A stretch of 56,917 nt of DNA, filler included, from Sphacelaria rigidula (lineage: Eukaryota): NCBI GenBank assembly GCA_964200075.2. It is 4 parts of 4 records of this genome, joined end to end, with 100 filler letters (N's around TTAATTAATTAA, not from the genome) between each part and the next. Parts side by side here need not be neighbours in the genome. Positions count along the whole stretch, not along the records: positions 42,770 to 56,917 come from CAXNAA020002427.1; 3 more parts are not named here. One strand, written 5' to 3'. Numbering within the stretch: position 1 is the stretch's first letter; the number at the start of each line of letters is the position of its first letter. Positions 47,860-56,917 of this stretch are shown piece by piece. The position numbers and the translations under genes are program-made. The notes under the pieces were generated by a model. It saw nothing but the letters and a program-made list of their open reading frames with translations, ran no database searches and was not told the DNA's origin.

Positions 47860-50422
47860 GGAGTATTTGACGACCAACTCCCCGCCGTCCTGCCTCTCCC
47901 CGAAACAAACAAAAAACATCTGCCGGGGAGGTCGCGTTCGATTGGATAGTTGTTCATTCCGTCAGTTTTCGCGACAAGTGGGACTTGAGAAAAACTCGAG
48001 TAGCATCCTTTCATCGACTCCCGGTGGGAATGTCACCACCAGTCCTGCTGAGGTCCTATCTGCATGCTGTTCTTCGCTGTTTCATCACGACAGGAGAAAC
48101 AGGGCGACTCTCTTGGACATCAAACACGACGACACCGAGGGATGAACAGATTTACCAAAAACAGTAACTACGGAACCCGCCAGAGCCACGACAGCGCAAG
48201 GAACGTCGTGTAGAGAGGTGGCAAGGGAGACAGACGGTAGTCAATGACAGTTGCCCCTTTACATTGCAGAACTTTTCAAAAATCCAAAGGGTGGTTTCGC
48301 ACTCACTCAATTATTTCCGGTTCACCATCGATCGCCGTTGTTAGATTTCATCAGGGTTATCTTCCGTTCAGGCAACACTTGTGAGTGAAATGGTCGATTC
48401 TTTCGGAGCGGGCGAGTAAAAACAAACCATTGACAAAATCATAACGTTTGGCAAATCCAAATAATGCAGCCTGCCCAGCATATTTCCGTGGGTATGCCTG
48501 CTCCCATTGCCCGTCTCACAAAAAGCAGGCGGACAAGGTGAAAAAACTCGCTGCCGCGGGACCTCGGGGAACGTTCTTCATGAACCATCACGGCGGGTAC
48601 AAGCAGCAGTCGACGCACCGTCCCGATGACAATACTTGTGAAACTGCTACGACTGAATTCAGGGTCCCAGCCAGTCTCAATCGTGGTGAAGGAAGTAAGC
48701 AACCAGGGATGAGAGTGTGACTACTGTACCCTACCTACGATACCTGTCGAGGTGGTACCAGCCGGTGTCACTATCATGCATGCAGCCCACGAAACACGCA
48801 TCCATACACATTTTGAAATTCCCGCGTCAACTGCGGAGACAAAACAGCACGGACCGGAATATCAACCATTAGCGAACCGTCCGCAGCCACAGCGGTTCAC
48901 ACTTGTTCCCGGGCGTCGGATTTTGCAACTCGATCCACGTCGAAGGAATCGTCCACGATGGAACTCATGGGTTCGTAGTCAAACGCTGTCGAGAACTCTC
49001 TAGACCTCGCGTTTCAGGTGATGAAGCCCGGCACATAATAATATCATCCTCGCTGGAATACGCGGATGCCATTTCTCTTTTCTTCAGCAAGTGTTCCAGT
49101 TGTGTTTTGTCTTGAGTATGTCTATCGTGTCACCACGGCTGGATCCCCGGGGGGTCAGTTAAAGTGCGACGATCAATCGATTAATCAATCGATTAATCAA
49201 GACTCTCGACCGTCGGTGCTGTTTATTCCTGGCGGGTATGTGGCTAGCAGCCACAGTACCGATCCACGATCCATCACAACCACCACAATCGGAATGGTTC
49301 AGCAGTTTCCACAACGGTCGTTTCAGCGGCCTCCCAGGGATGACCGCATGGTAAACATCAACACCGGCCGGACTGATCGCAATTAATGCAAGAATTGCAG
49401 AGAGGCGAAACGACATGCACCAAATAAGACCACTACTATGGCGAGTTCGTCACGGCCGGCAGATGTGGTCAAGATTGTTGATTCGCCGTTCGACCAAAGC
49501 ACCTCGATTGCTGTGGGACTATCGGTGATCGTAGCAATTGGTTGTTCGGATTCCAGCGCTTTTTCTTTCTCCAGACCAACCTTCGTGGGCCCCGACAGTG
49601 CGATTGATATAAAGGAGATCATGACACCTGGGCTGCAACCGCCTCGAATGACAATCCAAATATTTTCTAGTGCCATAAAACTTATCGAAACCTTCGGCGT
49701 TTTCGTACCCGGAGGCTGTGTTAGGAGCTTGTTTCGCTGGGAACATTGAACACAATCCCGCCATAACAGTGCAGACCCCACGTTGTAGCACCGGCTCTCG
49801 TGATGCAAGTCCAAAAAAGCAAAGACACCGGTGGAAAGACGACATCAATACAGAAGCTGGGGTATGACTTTCTCGCCTGCAGAGTAGCGACACCATTGTG
49901 CAGTTACCGGTGCGCCAAAATTGTGTAATCTGGTCGCTCATCTGTAGGTTCGTCTTCATCACGCCGAACGGAAGTCATTTGCCAGGCCTTCAGTATCATA
50001 TTGTTTCCTTATCCTGAAAGCACCATACACCAACCTCTCGTTCAAAGGATCATCTATACGCTGCCAGACAGCATTCGGCACACCGGCGGAATTTCTGAAC
50101 GCGGCTGCAGCTTACGAATCACGAGAGCTAGAATAATAGCGTGTAGTTGAGGGTATTATCATCCCCGGGTGAAGATAGTATGGAAAATGAAAAACATCCG
50201 CCACACCGAACAAAACAACACGTAAGAACTGCGGGGGCGAGGCGATACAAACCACACGAGCGTCATTAACCCGTTCACGGCGGAGGCGTCCAAATGTACT
50301 GACCCGCGATCCGCAAATACGTCTCGATTCAGGCGAAGACGTTCGTGGAAATGGCAATCGATTGTTTGCAGTTCAACACTTTCTAAGATTCGCCAATCGT
50401 TACATGTTACGGCGAAACATTC

Positions 50423-51391
50423 CAAGGGTAGGTCAAGTAGAGTATACTGAAAACTCAGTATTTTAGAAGAGTCATACTTTTAGTACTCAAAATTTGAGTA
50501 GAGTATTTCAGACCATACTCAACGTACTCAAAATTTGAGTAGAGTATTTGAGGCCGTACTCGACCTACTCAAAAATTGAGTATAGTATTGAGGTCATACT
50601 CAAGTGATACTCTATACTCAAGTATTACTGAGAGTGCTTACTTATTATCTGAGTAGAGTATTTCAGGTCCTATTCAACGTACTCAAAATTTGAGTAGAGT
50701 ATTTGAGGCCGTTCTCGACCTACTCAAACGTGGAGTAGAGTAAATACTTGAGTATTTTACTTGAGTACTCAAAAGCAAATACTCTACTCGATCTACCCTT
50801 GAAAAAATGATCGTTTCCATACTAAACCGACCGGTGAGATGGGGCACTGGGGCAGGTAGGTTCATTCACCTGCACGCCTTTTTTTATGTTTAATGGCCAT
50901 CATTCGCTCATACTCCTTGCTGGCTGTGATGTAACGCCGCCCATTTGATTGATGGCGATCGTTCGCCCATGTATTCAGCATGGTCTGTGAAGTGACGGTA
51001 CGAAGTCGCCGACTGTCAGAGATACTCACCATACCCAAGGGGTACTCTATACTCAAGTATTACTGAGAGTGCTTACTCAATATTTGAGTAGAGTATTTGA
51101 GGTTGTACTCGATCTACTCAGATTTTGAGCAGAGTATTTGAGGCCGTACTCGATCTACTCAAATTTTGAGTAGAGTATTGAGGTCACACTCACGTGACAC
51201 TCTATACTCAAGTATTACTGAGAGTGCTTACTCGAAATTTGAGTAGAATATTTGAGACCATACTCAACCTACTCAAAGTTTGAGTAGAGTATTTCAGGCC
51301 GTACTCGACCTACTCAAACGTCGAGTAGAGTAAATACTTGAGTATTTTACTTGAGTACTCAAAAGTACATACTCTACTCGACCTACCCTTG
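50423..51391. mobile_element. Non-autonomous hAT-like element built from GAGTA/TACTC palindromic repeats
   Basis: TIR CAAGGGTAGGTCAAGTAGAGTAT...ATACTCTACTCGACCTACCCTTG. The flanks AAACATTC and AAATATTC match at 7/8, consistent with an 8-bp TSD. A second right end lies internally at 50779-50801. Confidence 0.8.
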
Positions 51392-51791
51392 AAATATTCC
51401 AAGGCGGAGTTCTTTAGGGGATGGGTTTGTTCGGTAAGCTATGCTATTTTGTGCAAAAGTCACGGACCTGTCAGCTACTGGTATGAAAGTTTTGCCACAA
51501 GTTATAAAACCCGTCGGGTACGGTATACCTGTACTCCGGATAAATGTGAAATATTGCAGGTAAGGATCTATTATGTAGAACCTCCATACCGTCACCTACT
51601 GTTTGATCCTTGCGGGTACGTCGACATCTCTTACACTTTCGTTGTTCCACGAGCATATCTTGACCCGTCACCATCGGAACGGGGTCCAGTCGGTTCCGAC
51701 GGTTCTCGCTTAGCAATCCTCCAGCAATAGCACTGGGGAGGTATTGGCATCCGCTGGACTGATAAAAAAGGCCGTCATAACAAAGCCGATC

Positions 51792-52030
51792 GCCCCGGTG
51801 GGTCAGTTGGTAACCTCGAAACCTTCTGACGGTTGGGTCGTGGGTTCAAATCTCGGTGAAGTCACACGATCTGGGACTTTTCCTCACACCATGCCCACCA
51901 GTGGAGAGCGACCCTGTCGTGGGTACACAAAATTCGACTTCATGGTCGACGGGGGAAAGAGGCTGCTGCATCCCTCTTGCGATATAAAATAAAGGCAAGC
52001 ACCGCAGAAGAAGGTGGAGTACATTTTTTT
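51792..52030 (+). mobile_element. tRNA-derived SINE (head and body, 3' part cut off)
   Basis: A-box TGGGTCAGTTGG (51799) and B-box GGTTCAAATCT (51843). The body is homologous to 8915-9047. Confidence 0.8.
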
Positions 52031-52320
52031 TTCGCACTTTGAACCCCTCCCCTTTCTCGGGATGAGTCCGTGATCTAAAGGGACCAACCCTTCTCTCCCC
52101 CGGTAAGCGCCTTACATTTTGGTCTCGCGGATTGGATCAGCACTCTCGCACCGCGTCAACTCACGTCACACAAACCCAGTCGACTAATCTGTTTACTCAC
52201 GTTCTCACGCTTTCCACGGTGGAAATCATATATTACAAACAAAAAACTCAACGCATCGGGGATCGGACCCTCGTTCTCTCCACCCTAGTGGCGACAGTCG
52301 GACCATTACACCATCGGGGC
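52030..52320 (-). mobile_element. Second tRNA-headed SINE-like element, convergent with the first
   Basis: Minus strand GCCCCGATGGTGTAATGG (A-box)...GGGTCCGATCCCC (B-box-like), then TTTTTT. The body is shared with 41540-41680. Confidence 0.7.
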
Positions 52321-53628
52321 GCACTAAGACGAATAAAGAAACAAACACTCCTATATTGACCTCCCTCCTGTGTGAACCCGCCTGATGGTGTGCAGAATAG
52401 ATAAACTCGGCCTGTGACACCTTTTTGGATCCTGGCGGATACGTCGCCGTACCAGACTGCCGATAGATCTTCGGGGTTTTCATCGAGCAACCAACCACAG
52501 ACAGTCTAACGAGTTTCGATTGTGGTTATTGAGAGAACACCGAAGGACGACGCCATGAGACTGGAGGCAGGACCCCGCCAGGCTGGTGGAAACAACGCAA
52601 CGTGGGTGAAGGAAGATACCGGTCCCGGGCGACTCGATGCTTCTACAAGGCCAAGTGATCAACTGGACACGTTGAGTTGCTGTGCATACCGTCTGATGAA
52701 AACGCGGAACACGATGCTTCTCCGTCGATAAAAACTTCCAATGCCGTCAATACGGTTTTGATCTAAGATACATGACTCATGACACCCGCCAAGCAGAGCT
52801 ACTTCGCCGACGATGTCCATGAGGTTGCCGTTGCATTTGCACCGTTGTAATGAACGTAACACGTACGAACAGCAGTAAATGTCGGTGGGTTTTTACTACA
52901 GCTCGGCATTATCTGTCGTACGATCCTGGCAAATGCCGCACACGTCGGACAACTCACGTCATAAAACTCATCTTCGTATAGGTCCACGGCACCTATTTCC
53001 ACCGGGTGAGTTATACGATATGCCTCCTTAGCGGTACCTTCTCCCACCGGATGGAGTGTACCACATGACTGAGTTAACTCATGAATTGTAAAATGTGTGA
53101 AATGTTGCCAACAGGTGATAACATCGTCGGACAGGGTGATATTCTTGATGCTTTGGGCGCGAGATTCCGGTAGAGCTTACCCCTTAGATCGCCAGGGTAG
53201 TAGTCCATCTGGATCATGCATACCTTCGTCGAGTGAAATTGATGCCGATTCAGCAGACGATCTACTTTCGCCATCTAAGTGTCACACATTTGTCACAGAA
53301 ATGGTTCATCACGAATCATGAAAGTGAACAGCGATATTCGGATGTTTAGGAAGGTCGACAGTCCCGAGTGCTTCTAGCTTTTGCCTATAACGCGTGTTTG
53401 TCCACATCGGCGCCTTGCGGTGCCGAGCTGAGGTCTCCCAACGAACACTTCGCCTTGGGCACCATTTGCATCCCCCTAGCCCAGGAGTTCTCGTATGCCT
53501 TGGGTTGGGGGTTAATTCGAAGCCGTTAATTTCCGAGAATATTATGTCAACTATTTTCATGTCAAATGCGAAAGCATGACCGTGAGAAATCATGTGAAGA
53601 ACGACTGCTTGCGTTACACAATATTAAA

Positions 53629-54205
53629 AGGTTGTGTTCTGTAGGGTACGGGTTTCTGTATACCCGGGGTATTTTGACGGGCATTCACCGTACCTGACAA
53701 TTCTGTGACTTGTGCAAGACTTTCATACCGGTACCCGACAGTTCTATGACTTGTGTAAGACTTTCATACTCTTACTCGATAGTTCTGTAATCTCTGTAAG
53801 ACTCCCGTACCGTTACCGGGGGGCACGGGTACGCTCTTGATAAGATACCCGATTGCGGGTACGGTTTTCTGTTCAACCTCCACACCCTACCCGACAGTTT
53901 CTGTGAGTTCTGTAAGCCTCCCGTACCCTTACCCGACAGTTTCTGTGAGTTCTGTAATCCTCCCGTACCCTTACCCGACAGGTCTGTGAGCTCTGTACAG
54001 AATGTTTACCCGTACCCGGAGTGCGGGTATGCTCTTGAAGGATACCCGATTGCCGGAGCCTCTCATAGCGTACCCGACAAGTTCTTTAATTTCTGTAAGA
54101 CTTTCATCTAGTACCGGTACCCGACAGTTCTGTGAGCTCTGTAAGTTCCCCATACCTCTACCCGGGGTTAGTGTACCATTGTAGATACACCCGATTGCAG
54201 GTATG
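53629..54205. mobile_element. MITE with internal ~38-bp tandem repeats, copy lacking a clear right end
   Basis: Left TIR AGGTTGTGTTCTGTAGGGTACGGGT. Repeated unit CCCGACAGTT(T)CTGTGAGTTCTGTAAGCCTCCCGTACCCTTA. Confidence 0.85.
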
Positions 54206-54862
54206 AGCACAGGTATATACCTTGGGGAGGCACGGATATAGGTTCAATCCATACATAACCTCATGACCTGGACATGTACCCCCCATCGATGAACCCACCC
54301 AACTCTTTCATTCCAAACTGCACACCAACGATGTTTCAATGTTGAAAAGTTCTGTAGTTCAGGATCTGGTGGGATACGAAGTACCGCTGAGTGGAAACAC
54401 GAAACATGAGCAGCACTGCAAACCGTCAGAATGGATCACCCCCAGACTCGAGTAGTGGCTCAAGCGGGGACGGTTCATCTGCGCCACCAGAGGCCAAGTA
54501 GCAAGACGCATCTCATCGACGTTGATGGCTGTGTCGTGGTCATCAAACCCCAGGCCGTTATCGACATGTACAGCACAGAGTATGAGCTGCCACCGAAACT
54601 CGTCAAGGCCGTGGGCGATTTTGTCCCTTACCGAAGGGCTTCCAGAGAACGGGCAGCCGTGAATGCTCTGTCATGTACTTTCTGGGAGTGTAAGTGAAGC
54701 CGATAGATGCTGACAATCCCATCCACATGTACTACTGCGATTGTTCGTGTAGTCTTTCCCTATCAACCCCGTGAGGCCGTTCAGAGTTCTCGTGAACTGT
54801 CATCTGTATTTCGCCACTGTTATAGTGACGTAGGTCTCAACACAGGGGTGATGATGATACCA

Positions 54863-55313
54863 AGGTCGTGTTTTGTACGGTACGATTTTATGTATACCCG
54901 GGGTATTTTGTCGGGTATTTACCGTACACGACAGTTCTGTAAACTCTGTAAGACCTTCATACCCGTACCCGATAGTTGTGAGTTCTGTAGGCCTCCCGTA
55001 CCGTTACCGGGGGGCACGGGTATACTTTTGATAAGATGACCCGATTACAGGTACGGTTTTCTGTGCACCCTCAATACCCTACCCGACAGTTTCTGTGAGT
55101 TCTGTAAGCCTCCCATACCCTTACCCGACAGTTCTGTGAGTTCTGTACAAAACCTTTACCCTAACCCGAGGGGCGGGTATGCCCTAAAAGAAATACCCGA
55201 TTGCCGGTACCAGTTTTCTGTAAGCCTGCCATACCGTACCCGACAAGTTCTGTAATTTCTGTAGGGAATCTTATACCCTACAGAACGTACCCGTACCTTA
55301 CAGAACACAACCT
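54863..55313. mobile_element. Second, complete copy of the same MITE (a decayed inverted piece lies at ~51415-51540)
   Basis: AGGTCGTGTTTTGTACGGTACG...ACCCGTACCTTACAGAACACAACCT, colinear with 53629-54170. Confidence 0.85.
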
Positions 55314-56469
55314 CAGTATTACTCACAAGGCTCAGCGGTTGGTAATCAGGGAACAGAGACAGTATGTTGGTTTCCTGTTATCCGGGACTTCTGCTTGCAG
55401 CAGGGAGCTGCTTAGCTGAGCGGTGGAGCGTTGTCTCCCCCACAAAAGGCTTGCGGCTGATTCTACAGTACAGGATATATACTGTACTGCCATCTCCGCT
55501 CACGCCCTACCTTTCAAGTCCCAGGGGCCCACACGAGACGGTTATCAACACCGCTCGTCCCCGAAAACAGGATCCCAGTCCAGGATCGGTACTTACAGCA
55601 CCAGGTGAATGCATCTGGTGCATGATGGCATTATACTCATACATTGCGCCCGTGCCATAAGACAAAATCCTATCCCGGGCTCGACAGCGGTACGAGTAGC
55701 TATCTGCCTCTGTAGTGTTGTCCGTATTCGACGGTACGGTGCTATGTATACCGCACAGGAAAGTGGCTGAGTGCGGTTAAGGCAACACTAAAAGGCGATC
55801 AGGTAAGTACCGAAGCACAGCTATCACGTTGCCCAGAGGGTCCTCCGCACTGGCTGATGGAGGAAAGACACGAAAGGAAATAGTTTGGCAGATAGTACAG
55901 TTACAGTATGCGAATATGCCGCGGCACACACAGGAACACATTGAGGACGGCACGAAGCATAGACAATACTACAGCAGGGTACAGTACAGGTACGTCTGCA
56001 AGGATACTGTTAAAGGCTCCACGTTGTCCGTGTTTTCTGCGTACAGCATCCTGAGTTCAGCTCAGGTCGGTCATCGCATAGTACAAGTAACCCGCCCCGC
56101 CAACGGGGTAAGAGGTTTTGCAGTTGTCAATAATGTCATCACCTAAAACGAGTGATATCGACACGTCTGCGTTCAAAGAAGGACGGAAATGGCTATGGTA
56201 TGATGAGCAGCCTGATCAGAAGGCCTGCCCGTACCTTTACAAAATACTAGACCCACGAAGCACGAACAAGTCCCCTGAATAATGCTCGACCCCGGTCATC
56301 ACACGGTAGACGGAAACACGCCACAATACTACAACGATAGGGCTGAGCAAGAGCAAGAGCATAACACAAAACACTTGAAAGTACGAAACCCAATCGTCAA
56401 CAACACGACTAACGCAATGCTACACATACCCATCCACAGGGGTAAAAACACCAGAAGAGCCAACGCACA

Positions 56470-56698
56470 CACGCAAATAAACGCACATGGCTTCCCTTCC
56501 GAACAGATCCTCGTCTTTCTCGAGGCCAAAGGGCCTGGCGTTGCTGGCGGAACTGAACACCGCCTTCCATTCGGCATCAAGGCGCTCCTTCCGAAACTTG
56601 AGAAAGGACACATAGCACCCCGCAAATATCATCTTTCCTTGTTCGCCTTCATTTGCCTTCGTTGCTCCCTCCATTTGGCGGCTACGGTACTCTTTTCT
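56470..56698 (-). CDS. Probable exon of a gene entering from the right edge; product unknown
   Basis: Acceptor TGTCCTTGTAG near 56700 followed by an open frame (...FLKFRKERLDAEWKAVF...). GTGAGT donor at ~56847 upstream. The reading frame is ambiguous. Confidence 0.35.
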
Positions 56699-56917
56699 CT
56701 ACAAGGACAGAGGTGTCGATCAATCAATTGGGATAGGTGTCATACGCGTTGGCGAGTCGGAGGAACTTATTGTTTTTAGTATACACTTCCGGTGTAACAT
56801 CAATTTCTCAGACCCGTTTGCCGAAACTATCGCCACCCAAGACTCACATACACCCTTCTCTAGGGCCGAAGCTCTCAGGAGCAGGGCGGCGCGTGTACTG
56901 CGCCAAGTTGATAGGGG

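Larger units (their letters stand above)
51660..53500 (-). pseudogene. Degenerate intron-containing Ser/Thr protein kinase
   Basis: Subdomain remnants occur in order: GAQGEVFVG (I, ~53450), LEAL...LPKHPNI (III-IV), MIQMDYYPGDLRG (V, followed by GTAAGC), TVLTALEV/RRSIVFR (VIa, frameshifted), TVCGWLLDENPEDL...YG (VIII-like), PADANTSPVLLLE..*...PF (IX-like). No intact HRD or DFG was seen. Confidence 0.6.

Noticed and set aside
50450..51391. Palindromic repeat array as CRISPR or operator array
   Set aside because: Bounded by TIRs and a near-perfect 8-bp TSD, so better explained as transposon-internal repeats.
51792..51865. Functional tRNA gene (also 52252-52320, 41424-41495, 37013-37075)
   Set aside because: A/B boxes are present but I could not build a full cloverleaf with paired acceptor and anticodon stems, and each is attached to a dispersed repeat body.
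52799..53047. Alpha-kinase loop GEGTAKEAY
   Set aside because: No other alpha-kinase motifs follow, and the segment more likely lies in an intron of the canonical kinase remnant.
53690..55290. CRISPR-like ~38-bp repeats
   Set aside because: Units are head-to-tail and degenerate with no unique spacers, they lie inside TIR-bounded elements, and there are no cas genes.

Overview
Eukaryotic, roughly 50% GC, intron-rich and repeat-rich sequence. The gene and repeat style suggests a stramenopile, probably a brown alga (inference). It is four contigs joined by artificial 100-bp linkers (N44-TTAATTAATTAA-N44). 1-8.9 kb holds two decayed, apparently nested Ty3/Gypsy LTR retrotransposons. The integrase of the second ends in a chromodomain followed by a PWWP/Tudor-like domain, the most unusual signal in the window. 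8.9-14 kb holds SINE, hAT, MITE and minisatellite debris. About 14.5-28.8 kb (- strand) is a gene of more than 20 exons for a large, probably secreted Cys-rich protein with several RRL motifs and C-terminal GCC2/GCC3 (ephrin-receptor-like) repeats. 31.5-40 kb (-) is a signal-peptide plus kinesin-light-chain-type TPR gene whose 5-kb first intron contains several MITEs. 44-46 kb (-) is a small two-TM protein gene. 51.6-53.6 kb (-) is a degenerate protein-kinase gene interrupted by two tRNA-derived SINE-like elements. Many non-autonomous DNA elements have readable TIRs and TSDs (TA, TCA, TTAA, 4, 5 and 8 bp). No CRISPR, rRNA or convincing functional tRNA was found. Exon boundaries were read by eye and are provisional.
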